The notes beneath the pieces are model-generated. The model saw only the letters and a list, made by a program, of their open reading frames with translations. It did no database searches and was not told the origin of the DNA. From positions 39,618,001 to 39,682,000 of the forward strand of contig OZ024752.1 in the NCBI GenBank assembly GCA_964016885.1: a DNA stretch of 64,000 nucleotides. Reading direction: 5' to 3'. The number at the start of each line of letters is the position of its first letter. Position 1 is the first letter of the stretch. Origin of the DNA: Eledone cirrhosa. Its lineage: Eukaryota. Position numbers and translations under genes: made by a program. Below, piece after piece: positions 29,100-42,850 of this stretch.

Positions 29100-29452
29100 A
29101 TGTCAATGTGCATGAATGGCCAAGCATGGATGTGTTGAGAAAGAAGCTGTGTCTGAGAGGGATAAATTGTAGTGGGCGGCAGAGGAGGCTGCAATGGTAT
29201 GGACATGTGATGCGCATGGAGGATGACCTATGGATGAAGAAGTGCCAAGAAATGCCAGTTGAAGGAAGACATAGTAGAGGAAGACCACGAAAAACATGGG
29301 CAGAGGTGGTGAGAGCAGACCTCAGATTGCTGAAACTCACTGAGGAGATGACGAAGGACCGTGACAAGTGGAGGGATGCTGTGCTGAATAGGACCCGTCC
29401 CACCTTTGCAAGCAGGGAAAAGCGGACGTAAAATGATGATGATGATGATGAT
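29100..29452 (+). mobile_element. RTE-type LINE 3' end with (TGA)n tail
   Basis: ORF 29108-29431: RRLQWYGHVMRM...RGRPRKTW...DRDKWR. Confidence 0.85.
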
Positions 29453-29638
29453 TTTAGTTATATCCAGTCTGTCTTTTATTATAGGCATTCTGCCTTATAT
29501 TTTCTTAATTTAAACGTGCCGTATCTATATTAATAACAGATCAGCATAGAATCGATACTATGTGAGATAAAGCCTTTATTGTGAAAATATAACAGTATCA
29601 ACAGTGAATCGACTTTCGTCAAATTGGATATATATATA

Positions 29639-29701
<63 letters not shown>

Positions 29702-29934
29702 ATATATATATATATTCATTATTAGTTAAGCAAAACAAGACCACAAAATTCACAAGGAAGACATTAGTTAAAGAGTGTCAACATAGTTGCAGTTTAATGT
29801 AAGGAATAATAATAATAATGTCCCTTTTTCAATTGTTTCGCTACTCCATTTTGGCTTCTAACACCTCACCAATCTCTCTTCTCTTCTCCTATCTCCATCT
29901 GTCTCTTTATGATTGGTTTACTCTGTAACTGTGT

Positions 29935-29969
<35 letters not shown>

Positions 29970-30399
29970 CATCATCATTTCATTTTACGTCCACTTTTCC
30001 CTGCTTGCAAGGGTGGGACGGGAACTGATTGTGGCTTGATTTCTACAGCTGGATGCCCTTCCTAACACCAACCTCATTTACAGTGAGCGCTGGGTGCTTT
30101 TTTGCACCTCCACGACCACTTTGCAGTGGAATGATAGGGACCCCAGTCCCTATCATCTCATTTCTACAGCTGAGTAAACTGGAGCAATGTGAAATAAAGT
30201 GTCTTGCTCAAGGAAACAACACATCACCCAGTCTGAGAATTGAACTCACAACCTTTCGATTGCAAGGTCAATGCTCTAACCACTAAGCCATGTGCCTCCA
30301 TTATATATATACGTGTGTATAATGGTAGCTATGGTGCTTCCATAGGCGGTATGCCAAAATTAGCACTCAATATTCATACAGAGTAGAGTGTGGATAGTA

Positions 30400-30718
30400 T
30401 AAAGAAAACGAAAAATCAGTGATGCATCTGGACTCAGTTTATTGCGTGTTACAATTGTTTCGCCGGCAGGTAGCTCGAGACATGATCCCTGTATGGATCT
30501 GGCTGATTCTACGACTGCAGGTTCCTTCGGACACTGGCAATTCGTTCGGAGCAGTGAGAAAATTTGCTCTGAACGAATTGCCAGTGTCCGAAGGAACCTG
30601 CAGTCGTAGAATCAGCCAGATCCATACAGGGATCATGTCTCGAGCTACCTGCCGGCGAAACAATTGTAACACGCAATAAACTGAGTCCAGATGCATCACT
30701 GATTTTTCGTTTTCTTTA
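30400..30718. mobile_element. GC-richer fold-back element (about 154-bp arms, about 11-nt loop)
   Basis: Near-perfect palindrome; ORFs 30419+ and 30439- encode the same peptide segments; adjoins (TA)n. Confidence 0.85.
30584..30672 (+). ncRNA. Degenerate hammerhead-like motif (mirror copy on - strand at about 30446-30534)
   Basis: gugu-CCGAAGG...-GAAA-caauu-GUA-acac; 3' half and stem I fit the fold, but the CUGANGA core is altered. Confidence 0.45.
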
Positions 30719-30720
30719 AC

Positions 30721-30753
<33 letters not shown>

Positions 30754-30864
30754 ATGTATGTATGTATGTATGTATTTGTGTATGTATGTATATATATATA
30801 TGTATGTATATGTATGTATATACATATGTATGTATGTGCATATATATATGTATATATATATATG

Positions 30865-30913
<49 letters not shown>

Positions 30914-32579
30914 ATATCATCATTTCATTTTCATTTCATTTTTCGTCCACTTTTCCCTGCTTGCAAGGGTGGGACGGGAACTGGTTCTGGCTTGAGTTCT
31001 ACAGCTGGATGCCCTTCCTAACACCAACCTCATTTACAGTGAGTGCTGGGTGCTTTTTTTCCGTGGCACCTCCACCACCACTTTGCAGTGGAATGATAGG
31101 GACCCCAGTCCCTATCATCTCATTTCTACAGCTGAGTAAACTGGAGCAATGTGAAATAAAGTGTCTTGCTCAAGGAAACAACACATCACCCGGTCTGAGA
31201 ATTGAACTCACAACCTTTCGATTGCAAGGCCAATGCTCTAACCACTAAGCCATGTACCTCCATATATATATATATGTTTATATATATATATATATGTATA
31301 TATATGTATGTGTGTATATATGTATATATATATATAGAAGTTGATGGAAACCGCGGAGTGGGGAGACCCAAGATGACCTGGGATGAGGTGATAAAAGCCG
31401 ACCTTACCCAACTACACCTCTCAAAGACAATGACACACGACCGTGACTTCTGGCGTCACGCAGTAATACAGAGTACCCGACCTCCCATGGGTACATGCTG
31501 AAGCATATAAACAATATGCCCCCACACCCCCCACCGCAAGGTGGTCGTGGAGGTGCCACGGCAAAAAAAGCACCCAGCCCACACTGTAAAGTGGACGTGT
31601 AGGCGCCACGAAAAAGCACCCAGCACTCACTGTAAATGAGGTTGGTGTTAGGAAGGGCATCCAGCTGTAGAAATCAAGCCAGATCAGTTCCTGTATGAGC
31701 AAGGCATGGTCAGCCGACCAGACACTGCACACAACAGGACAACCCGTCTAACCCATGCTAGCGTGGAAGAACGGATGTAAAACGGTGATGATGATGATGA
31801 TGATATGTATATATGTATATATATATGTATGTGTGTATATATGTATATATATATGTATGTGTGTATATATGTATATATGTATATATATATATATGTATGT
31901 ATATATATATATGTATGTATGTATATATATATATCATCATCATCATTTTACGTCCGCTTTTCCCTGCTTGCAAGGGTGGGATGGGAACTGATTCTGCTTG
32001 ATTTCTACAGCTGGATGCCCTTCCTAACACCAACCTCATTTACAGTTAGTGGTGGGTGCTTTTTTGCCGTGGCACCTCCACGACCACTTTACAGTGGAAT
32101 GATAGGGACCCCAGTCCCTATCATCTTATTTCTACAGCTGAGTAAACTGGAGCAATGTGAAATAAAGTGTCTTGCTCAAGGAAACAACACATCACTCGGT
32201 CTGAGAATTGAACTCACAACCTTTCGATTGCAAAGCCAATGCTCTAACCACTAAGCCATGTGCCTCCATATGTATGTATGTATATATATATATATGTATG
32301 TATATATATATGAATGTATATATATATATATGTATGTATATATATATGTATATGTATATATATATGTGTATGTATGTATATATATGTGTGTATGTATGTA
32401 TATATATATATATATATATATGTGTGTATGTATGTATATATATATATATGTATGTATGTGTGTATGTATGTATATATATATATATGTATGTATGTGTAGA
32501 TATAATTGACTTTCCCCTACCCCACAAAAAATTGCTAGCCTTGTGCCTATATAAGAAACCATTATTCTTTATATTACAG

Positions 32580-32708
32580 ACTGCAACCACTGCTTTTGTT
32601 GTCAATATTCAAGATATTAATGACAACCCTCCCGTGTTTTCTGAAAATAATTATTTATTCAAAGTAAACGAAGGAGTAAATTTGAATCACATTATTGGAA
32701 GAATATCT
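32580..32708 (+). CDS. Cadherin exon 8 ([20 protein letters not shown]...VNEG...GRIS)
   Basis: acag acceptor, gtgagt donor at 32709; DINDNPPVF. Confidence 0.94.
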
Positions 32709-33676
32709 GTGAGTAAATTAATGTAATTAATTCATTGTTAATTTCTGTAAGATTGTTACAGAACTTTCAGTTATTCTATCATAGTATGTGTAAGTTTCTT
32801 TTTATGGGATAACAACAGAAGACAGATAAAACCAAATGCTACGTTTCTGCCATATTTAGTAAAAGATTCTGTTTTATTATCCAAGTAAAGAAAATGTTAG
32901 CATACAGCTCTATTAATGGTGTTTTATAGTTTTAGTTAAGCCATATTTAAAATAAAAACAAGCTATATTTTGCTAAACTGTTGTTTATTGTATGACAAAT
33001 ATTTACAAAGTGTAAGGAGAAACAATCTGCACCTACAGTTCAGGTCTTGTTAGCTGCTTAACTGGAAGTCCCTTCATTGCTAACCAGTTCAATAACTGGT
33101 TGGCAATGAATCCCTTCCATCAACAGTTTGCCTTTATAAGCTTGTGGTAATGCTCTACAGTTTCATGTATCTTATTGTCTCTCTAGGAAGGACACTTTAC
33201 TATATATGTCTTAGTTCACCTGGCAGTGAGAAATAAGTGCCAGGATCTCTGACTAGACAGGTTATCAGTAAAAGGATATTTTTTCAATCACATACCACCA
33301 AATAAACTAGAGTTGAGCATCATATTAACAGATTCACAGTTTACAAAAGTAGTAACTTAGCTATCTATACTACATTGACTTTGATAATGACTAGAGAAAA
33401 TTATCAAAAGACTCCTTTATTGTGGTTAAATGGACAAAATTCAATCTTATTCATTAAATGTTACTGTGGTTGATGAAATTCACTGAAATACTCTTGTTTA
33501 AATTAGAGGAAAATGGAACAGTTAAGAACACAGACAGATTAAATGAATAGAGGTATGCTTGCATTAAAAAGAGAATGATGTTCATTCAGTAAATTTTTTT
33601 TTATGCTGATTCCTATTAATAGAATAAGTGGAAATATTATGGTAGCATTAAAGTAAGAACTATGGAATATTATGAT

Positions 33677-33954
33677 CAGGGCACTTCAGGTTGGTGGAGG
33701 GCGCATATTAAAAAAATTAGAATACACAGCAAACCCCATCTAATCTTACATATCAAAATTCGTTTGGTGCAAGTAATTGGAATGGAAAAGTTGTACATAC
33801 AGGTTTTAAATTAAAAAAAACTTCTAACCATCTTAAAACTAAAAAGCCCAGCTGAGGGCACAAATAAATTGCTATGGCCGTTGTTGATGGGGCACCCCAC
33901 TGCAGTGTGCCCGGGGCAATTGCCCCCTTTGCAGCCCCATAAAATCTAGCGCTG
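33677..33954. mobile_element. hAT-like MITE with near-perfect 8-bp target duplication
   Basis: CAG...CTG termini; flanks attatgat (33669-33676) and attatggt (33955-33962). Confidence 0.55.
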
Positions 33955-35203
33955 ATTATGGTAGCTTTGATGTGATAACTAAGGGATATTATAGTAGCTT
34001 TGATGTGATAACTAAGGGATATTATAGTAGCTTTGATGTGATAACTATGGGATATTATAGTAGCTTTGATGTGATAACTATGGGATATTATAGTAGCTTT
34101 GATGTGATAACTATGGGATATTATAGTAGCTTTGATGTGATAATAATAGGATATTATGGTAGATTTGATGTGATAATTATGGGATATTATTGTAGCTTTG
34201 ATGTGATAACTATGGGATATTATGGTAACTTTGATGTGATAACTATGGGATATTATAGTAGCTTTGATGTGGTAACTATGGGATATTATAGTTGTTTTGA
34301 TGTGGTAACTATGGGATATTATAGTAGCTTTGATGTGATAACGATGGGATATTATAGTAGCTTTGATGTGATAACTAAGGGATATTATGGTAACTTTGAT
34401 GTGATAACTATGGGATATTATAGTAGCTTTGATGTGATAACTATGGGATATTATAGTAGATTTGATGTGATAACTATGGGATATTATAGTAGATTTGATG
34501 TGATAACTATGGGATATTATAGTAGCTTTGATGTGATAACTATGGGATATTATAGTAGATTTGATGTGATAACTATGGGATATTATAGTAGCTTTGATGT
34601 GATAACTATGGGATATTATAGTAGATTTGATGTGATAACTATGGGATATTATAGTCGCATTGAAGTAATAACTATGGGATATTATGGTAGATTTGATGTG
34701 ATAACTATGGGATATTATAGTAGCTTTGATGTGATAACTAAGGGATATTATAGTAACTTTGATGTGATAACTATGGGATATTATAGTAGCTTTGATGTGA
34801 TAACTATGGGATATTATAGTAGATTTGATGTGATAACTATGGGATATTATAGTCGCATTGAAGTAATAACTATGGGATATTATAGTAGCTTTGATATGAT
34901 AACTATGGGATATTATAGTAGCTTTGATATGATACCTATGGGATATTATAGTAGCTTTGATGTGATAACTATGGGATATTATAGTAACTTTGATGTGATA
35001 ACTATGGGATATTATAGTAGCTTTGATGTGATAACTATGGGATATTATAGTAGCTTTGATGTGATAACTATGGGATATTATAGTAGCTTTGATGTGATAA
35101 CTATGGGATATTATAGTAGCTTTGATGTGATAACTATGGGATATTATAGTAACTTTGATGTGATAACTATGGCATATTATGGTAGCTTTGAAGTGATAAC
35201 TAT
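33955..35203. repeat. 33-bp minisatellite (about 38 copies) ending about 50 nt before exon 9
   Basis: Unit gtagctttgatgtgataactatgggatattata. Confidence 0.96.
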
Positions 35204-35253
35204 ATTTGCAAACAAGCAATATCCTTAATTAACTTTCCTTGAATTTCTTCCAG

Positions 35254-35306
35254 ATTTCTGATAAAGATCTAAATTCACAAGTAACTTTCACAGTTGACAG
35301 CAATCT
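35254..35306 (+). CDS. Cadherin exon 9, 53-nt small exon (ISDKDLNSQVTFTVDSNL)
   Basis: ttccag acceptor, gtacgt donor at 35307; DxD motif; phase 0-2 needed to join exon 10. Confidence 0.85.
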
Positions 35307-35912
35307 GTACGTATTATGGTGCTATCAAGAAGTTATATTTCTTCTACACAGTATTTTTATCCCACACAGTACCCACTCCTAGAATGAATACAAAGCATCT
35401 TTCTTCAACTTTATCTCTTAATATCCTGTAATAATTTAGCCCCACAAAAAATATCTAAAATCAGGGTTGTTACTGTATATACTCAAATATAAGCTGATAC
35501 AAATATAAGTCAACAGCTGCCCTCATTTTATGTCTGAGAAATAGGCAAAAATCCAAACCCCATTTATTAACCGAGACAGCTAATCAACACATTGTTTAGA
35601 TGACGTATATAAGCCAAATTCCCATTTTACCATTGATGTTTTTGTCACATATTCCTTGGCTTATATTCAAGAATTTACTGTAATTCAAATGTTTATAGTA
35701 TCTCTACATATAAGTAAATTATCATCAACATTTGCAATATTAGACTAAAGACTTTTATTTTTATTTAGACCACCCATGACTTGTTGGGTCACATTAACTT
35801 CAAAATTTTTTTTAAAATCATGTTCACTTAAAAATAATTTTTAAATAATTAAAATATACACAGACATGTATATAATGTGAAATGAAACTGGAAGGCCCAT
35901 ATATATACGTGG

Positions 35913-35946
<34 letters not shown>

Positions 35947-35989
35947 GATATTAAAAAATGGAAACTATATTTATAAAACCATATTTATA

Positions 35990-36046
35990 TCATTATACAT
36001 ATTTCAAGGACACCAAGTTAAATTATGGTGTGCTTTCATCAGATAA
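35990..36046 (-). ncRNA. Type I hammerhead ribozyme motif
   Basis: uuau-CUGAUGA-aagcacacca/ugguguccuu-GAAA-uaugu-AUA-auga. Confidence 0.72.
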
Positions 36047-36619
36047 AATATAAAATAGAGCAGTTTTATAAATAAATATTGACATACCCTTAAAGAATGC
36101 AACCATTACTGTTGGAAGCTCCCGGATAGAACTTTTACATATATATATATAAATGTGTGTGTATACATAAATATATATGTGTGTGTGTGTATATATATAT
36201 ATATATGTGGGTGTCTGATCTATATACACTGGTCATAGACGCACACACACATATATATATAGACACACACACTCACACATATATATATATATATATACAC
36301 AACACCACCAGCTCTCTTCCATTCTCCTTCTCTGTCTCCTCTCCCTCTCTCTATGACTCTCTTTCAATCTATTCTCTCACAACCACTATCTCTTTCTCTC
36401 TATATTTCTCTCCCTCTCTATTTATGAAGGTATCCAGAAAACCCCATATCTCGGGAATACATGGTCCAATTTATGCAAAATTTTATTCCATTTGTATTCC
36501 CATTTCAGGGTCTACTTCCTTTCAAAGTATTTTCCCATTATGTGCCCTTTTGACTGTATTACATTACAGATAAGCAAGCAAGCAAGTAATCACAGAGGTT
36601 TAGTAATATATATATATAT

Positions 36620-36843
36620 ATTAGAAATTCGAAATTATAAGCGTTCACTGTATTTTAGACTAAAGAAATTTCTAGCCTGATAGTGGGGTTTATAACCCTT
36701 GGAGAAATGGAAAAAGATGAGTGTTGCTGTACATGGGAGCACTCATCTTTTTCCATTTCTCCGAGGGTTATAAACCCCACTATCAGGCTAGAAATTTCTT
36801 TAGTCTAAAATACGGTTAAAGCTTATAATTTTTAATTTCTAAT
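36620..36843. repeat. Fold-back hairpin with about 105-bp arms
   Basis: 36620-36725 is the reverse complement of 36738-36843; follows (TA)n. Confidence 0.85.
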
Positions 36844-36901
36844 TTCAAACTCGTGCACCATTTCAAAAACATACTTACATGTTTACGTTTATAATTTGCT
36901 T

Positions 36902-36932
<31 letters not shown>

Positions 36933-37119
36933 GATGTGATACAGTCATAATAGTTCTGGTTTGTAATTTTGGTGGTGGTGATCATGATAATCAGTATATC
37001 AGTTAGAACCAAAATGAACAATCAAAATTGGAAATTAAAGATTAACATCTGTAGTTCAGTTTGATCATTTCATTGCAAGATTAGTTATATATTTGAACCT
37101 TTCATGACCGCCTTTCTAA

Positions 37120-37750
37120 TGAGTGCTGGGTGCTTTTTTGCCGTGGCACCTCCACGACCACTTTGCAGTGGAATGATATGGACCCCAGTCCCTATCATCT
37201 CATTTCTACAGCTGGATGCCCTTCCTAACACCAACCTCATTTACAGTGAGTGCTGGGTGCTTTTTTGCCGTGGCACCTCCACGACCACTTTGCAGTGGAA
37301 TGATATGGACCCCAGTCCCTATCATCTCATTTCTACAGCTGGATGCCCTTCCTAACACCAACCTCATTTACAGTGAGTGCTGGGTGCTTTTTTGCCGTGG
37401 CACCTCCACGACCACTTTGCAGTGGAATGATATGGACCCCAGTCCCTATCATCTCATTTCTACAGCTGGATGCCCTTCCTAACACCAACCTCATTTACAG
37501 TGAGTGCTGGGTGCTTTTTTGCCGTGGCACCTCCACGACCACTTTGCAGTGGAATGATATGGACCCCAGTCCCTATCATCTCATTTCTACAGCTGGATGC
37601 CCTTCCTAACACCAACCTCATTTACAGTGAGTGCTGGGTGCTTTTTTGCCGTGGCACCTCCACGACCACTTTGCAGTGGAATGATATGGACCCCAGTCCC
37701 TATCATCTCATTTCTACAGCTGGATGCCCTTCCTAACACCAACCTCATTT
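37120..37750. repeat. 127-bp SINE-derived tandem repeat (about 5 identical copies) followed by an inverted SINE 3' end (37754-37900)
   Basis: Identical ORFs at 37216, 37343, 37470. Confidence 0.93.
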
Positions 37751-38049
37751 AGAGAGGTGCCACGGCAAAAAAGCACCCAGCACTCACTGTAAATGAGGTT
37801 GGTATTAGGAAGGGCATCCAGCTATAGAAATCAAGCCAGAATCAGTTCCCGTCCCACCCTTGCGAGCTGGGAAAAAGCGGACGTAAAATGAAATGATGAT
37901 GAGGATGATCATGAATACAGGTCATTTTGGGACTTACTTATCTCTTTTTTTGTTTCTGCAATAAATTTGTATATACGTTATGCTTTGTTTTTCTTTTTGT
38001 GCTATACATTCTCATTCTTAAGTTCTTTTTCATATTTCAAATTTTATAG

Positions 38050-38281
38050 ATTTTCAGTTGATGGATCAGGAAATATATACAACCAAATTTCCTTTGATTA
38101 TGAAACACAGTCTGCTTACACATTTAAAGCAACTGCAGATGATGGCAAATACAAAACTGTTGCTAATGTAAATGTTATGGTACTTGATGTACAAGATTCT
38201 CTACCAGTATTTATAGAAAGTAAATGGGAGAGTTATGTGTCAGAAAATACAGCAATTAATACTAAAGTAGTTACAGTAAAG
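38050..38281 (+). CDS. Cadherin exon 10 (FSVDGSG...FDYETQ...DVQDSLPVF...VSEN...VVTVK)
   Basis: tag acceptor, aag/gtaaga donor; DYE and AxDxG motifs; phase 2-0. Confidence 0.94.
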
Positions 38282-38757
38282 GTAAGATAGGAAATTAGAA
38301 ATTCTACAACTAAAATATAGTAAATGATATGATAAAATTAAATGATAAAATAATGCATTTAATATTTTCAATGTTATATTTATTTCATAAATATAAAATG
38401 TTTACCTTTTTTTAATTTTGGCTAAAAACCTTATAAAACGATCGACATTTTATTCACAGTTGTATAAATAACATTACAAATTGTTCGCAATTCTTTCAAA
38501 ATGAAAATCATCATCATCACCATCATCATCATACTTCCATCTTCCACGCTAGCATGGGTTAGATGGGTTTGTCCCATTTAGAGGCAAGTTGGGTCAGGTG
38601 ACTGTGTCTCGCTCATACAGGACTGTTTCTGTCTGATTTTCTATGTCTGGATGCCCTTCCTAGCGCCAACCACATTTACAGTGTGTGCTGGGTGCTTTTT
38701 GTTGTGACACCTACATGACCATTTTACAGTGTGGGCTGAATGTTTTGTGGTACCAAC

Positions 38758-38803
<46 letters not shown>

Positions 38804-39000
38804 AGCACAAATAATAAATACAGTTAATTGTTGCTAGGAACTTCACAAATATGAAGCAGCAAAATGTATGATCAAAGTAAGAGAAAGAAAAGAAAAAACA
38901 ATATTTACTAGAAAAAAGTTTAATTTAAAAAAAAAGTCATAATAATCAATTAGACTTTATAATAGAGTTATGAGTAGAATCCAAACCTAAAAACCTGATT

Positions 39001-39435
39001 ATTAAGCAGGCCCTAGCTCGGGTAAGTATCCCCTCAGTTCTGGAGCTAGCTGGATTATCCAGAAGTGATGTGAAGAGACCAGACAGCCTTACCCTTCATC
39101 CTTGGGTAAGAGGTAGGTATCTCATCTGGGACACCACAGTCAGTGACTCTTTTGCTCCCTCCCACATCATGGATGTCATGGTAAATGTGAGGGTCACTGC
39201 TTCCATAGCTGAATGGCATAAAATCTGAAAATACTGGGAACTATCAAACACTTTTTCCAGCCTGTGGCATTTGATATGTTTGATGGAGTTGGGCTGCTGA
39301 CAAGGAAGTTCTTGTCACTGTTGGTGGCTCGCCTTACTGTTGGTGTCAAATGATGCCTGCAAGGGTGCCTAGTTGTTTTAGCTCATTGGTCTCACAATCA
39401 CCCATGGTAATGCTGCAAGCGTATTGGCTTGCCTC
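39001..39435 (+). mobile_element. Decayed CRE-like non-LTR retrotransposon fragment (restriction-like endonuclease region)
   Basis: Hand translation from 39001: IKQALARVSIPSVLELAGLSRSDVKRPDSLTLHPWVRGRYLIWDTTVSD..., later THGNAASVL; contains stop and frameshift. Confidence 0.65.
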
Positions 39436-40107
39436 AAAATATTCCGATGACCTTTGTGATGTGACATGCGGCTGATTGTCGCATTTAGTGGTGAATTGAT
39501 GGTTGTTTTTGTTTTTTTATCTTTCTCTTACTCTGGTCGTATATTTTGGTGCCTTATATTTGTGAGGTTCCTAACAATCATCATCATCATCATCATTTTA
39601 CGTCCACTTTTCCCTGATTGCAAGGGTGGGACGGGAACTGATTCTGGCTTGATTTCTACAGCTGGATGCCCTTCCTAACACCAACCTCATTTACAGTGAG
39701 TGCTGGGTGCTTTTTTGCTGTGGCGCCTTCACGACCACTTTACAGTGGAATGATAGGGACCCCAGTCCCTACCATCTCATTTCTACAGCTGAGTAAACTG
39801 GAGCAATGTGTAATAAAGTGTCTTGCTCAAGGAAACAACACATCACCTGGTCTGAGAATTGAACTCACAACCTTTCGATTGCAAGGCCAATGCTATAACC
39901 ACTAAGCCACGTTAATATATAGTTAATTATATTTGTCATATGTGTTTATATTTATGTTTATATTTTCATTCTGAAAGGATTGTGAGCAATTTGTAATGTT
40001 TTTTATACAACTGTAAATAAACCTAAAATTAAAATCTAATTAGAAAATTATTTTCTTTGGAATAATATACATTTATTGTACTGCTTTTAAGAACCTTCAC
40101 CATCATC

Positions 40108-40153
<46 letters not shown>

Positions 40154-40196
40154 CCATCACCATCATCATCATCATCATCATCATCATCACCATCAC

Positions 40197-40228
<32 letters not shown>

Positions 40229-41172
40229 CCATCATCATCACCGTTTTACGCCCGTTCTTCTATGCTAGAATGGGTTAGATGAGTTTTCCTGTTCTGGGCA
40301 ATGCCAGGTCAGGTGAACATGTCTTGCTCATACGGAACTGATTTTGGCTTGATTTCTACAGTTGGATGCCCTTCTTAACACCAACCTCATTTACAGTGAG
40401 CACTGGGTGCTTTTTTTACCATGGCGCCTGAACGCCCACTTTACAGTGAGGGCTGGGTGATTTTTGTCATGACACCTACACAACCACTTTACAGTGGGAG
40501 GGGTGAGGGGGGGGGGGAGAATACTGTCTCTATGCTTCAGCTTTGGCTTGTACCCGTGGGAAATCAGGTCTTCTGTATCATGTAGTGGTGGTGGTGGTGG
40601 TGGTGGTGGTTGTAGTGGTGACAGTGGTAATGACAGTGGTGGTGGTGGTGACAGTGATGCTTATTAGGGTTGTGATTGTGTTGGTTATGGTTGTAGTGGT
40701 GGAGGTGGTGGTGGTGGTTGTAGTGGTGACAGTGGTAATGACAAAGGTCTGGGTCCTGTGTCATCACTTTTGAGAGGTGCTATTGGGCAAGGTCAGCTTT
40801 TATTACTTCATCCCAGGTCTTCTTGGGTCTCCCCACTCCAAGGCTTCCATCGACTTTTAGTGCTCTGCACCTTTTTATGCAGCTGTCTTCCTTCATACCC
40901 ATCACTAACACATTCAATGAGCATCACCATAACATATTACTTTCATTCATGTGCTACTATATATCTTTTTACTGATGCCTAAATCTACTTGAATCGTATT
41001 TTAGTATTCAACTGTTTGTTTTTCCCCAGTTTTTACTAGTAAAAATATACATATTTTTAAATATATACCTAACTTTTATAAATACTTTAATTTTAAGAGT
41101 ACAGTATTTCAGTATTATGATAAAAATATATTTTCCATATTTTTAAATTACTTTTTCTATTTCTCCATATAG

Positions 41173-41379
41173 GCAATTGATTTAGACACTATACCTTCAA
41201 TAGTTTATGAACTTCAAGGAGATGCTCAAGCTTTTCGTATTGATCAAAATGGTAACATTTTCATAAATAGCCGATTGGATTATGAGACAAAAACCATTCA
41301 TGAATTTTCTGTTACAACTGCTGATGGCAAAAATTCTATATTGCCTAATACTGATGCAAAAGTCATTATTTATGTACAG
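41173..41379 (+). CDS. Cadherin exon 11 (AIDLD...LDYETK...KVIIYVQ)
   Basis: tag acceptor, cag/gtaagt donor; AxDxD and LDYE motifs. Confidence 0.94.
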
Positions 41380-41559
41380 GTAAGTTTTCTTCTTGTTGTA
41401 TGACATATGCACAATGGTTAGAGAGACAGATCAAGGTTGGTGAGCTAGACTAAGGCTAGTATTACAGATTGCCTCCAGACCATCGAGAAAACGTCTGAGT
41501 GCAGGGGGGATTCCAAACAACATACAGCATTGTAATAGTAGTTGTAGTAGTAGTAGTAG

Positions 41560-42000
41560 TCTTCTTGTCATATGACATATGCACAGTGGTTAGAGAGACA
41601 GATCGAGGTTGGTGAGCCAGACTAAAGCTTCATGTGTAGTATTATGGATTGACTCCAGGCTGCTGGGAAAACATCTGAGGCAGGGCAATTTTGAACAACA
41701 TGCAGCACTGTCTGGTCAGGGTCCCCAGAATCACATACTGGGCTGGCTGTCTTCCATTTTCCATCGATGGAGATGATGGGCTGTCCTAGCATGTGTTGTG
41801 CAGATCTGATTAAGGGACACCCATTGCTTTCTAGGAAGGTCAAAGCCAGCTGGTTTAGATGTGGGGTCCTGGACAAGGTCTTGGTTGGCAAATTTGGACT
41901 CTTTTCATGATCTTTGTCACTCTTCCTTCAGGTGGGTGGGAGATGGCAACATTCCTGTAATCCACCCTGCGTGGAATTCATTCCATCTAATGCCATTGCT
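41560..42000 (-). mobile_element. LINE 3' fragment with C-terminal zinc-knuckle-like motif; partial duplicate at 41388-41560
   Basis: ORF 41622-41891: KWKTASPVCDSGDPDQTVLHVVQNCP. Confidence 0.6.
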
Positions 42001-42850
42001 CAATATATTCACAACTTGTACAATCAACTTACAGGTATGTGAATTCCGCAGTATAACACTGAAATATAAACTTAACTTGACTATCTTAAAAAACATATTG
42101 GTAAATGTTTAAAAAAAAATTATACTAGAAGCTGATTGAGATGGCTAAACTTGTATCACAGCATTATTTTTGTTTAGCGGCCCTTGCCATTCTGAGTTCA
42201 AATCTCGCCGAAGAAGAAACAATTATTTTTGTTTAGCGGTGGATCGGCAGTATCGGTAGATGCTTTGCAGCATAGAGTTACGACCCTTTATGATCTGAGT
42301 TTGAATCCCGCCGAGGTTAACTTTGCCTTTCATCCTTACGGGGTCAATAAAATAAAGTACCAGTAATCTACTGGGTAATTGCTGGCCTTGTGCCTAAAGT
42401 AGAAACAATTATTTTTGTTTAGCGGTGGATCGGCAGTATCGGTAGATGCTTTGCAGCATAGAGTTACGACCCTTTATGATCTGAGTTCAAATCCCGCCGA
42501 GGTTAACTTTGCTTTTCATCCTTACGGGATCGATAAAATAAAGTACCAGTCATGCATTGGGATCGATTTAATCGACTTTCCCCTCCTCCCAAATTACTGG
42601 CCTTGTGCCTATACTAGAAATCATTATTACTGTTTAGCTTTAACTAAGGCGGTGGATTGGCAGTATCGGTAAAGAGTCGGACTCCATGCTTTGCAGCAAA
42701 GAGTTACGTCCCTTTACAGTCTGAGTTCAAATGCCGCTGAGGTTAACTTTGCCTTTCATCCTTACGGGGTCGATCAAATAAAGTACCAGTAATGTACTGG
42801 GTAATTGCTGGCCTTGTGCCAAAAGTAGATACAATTATTACTGTTTAGTT

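Noticed and set aside
33753-35228. 488-aa and 418-aa repeat ORFs
   Set aside because: 33-bp minisatellite open on both strands.
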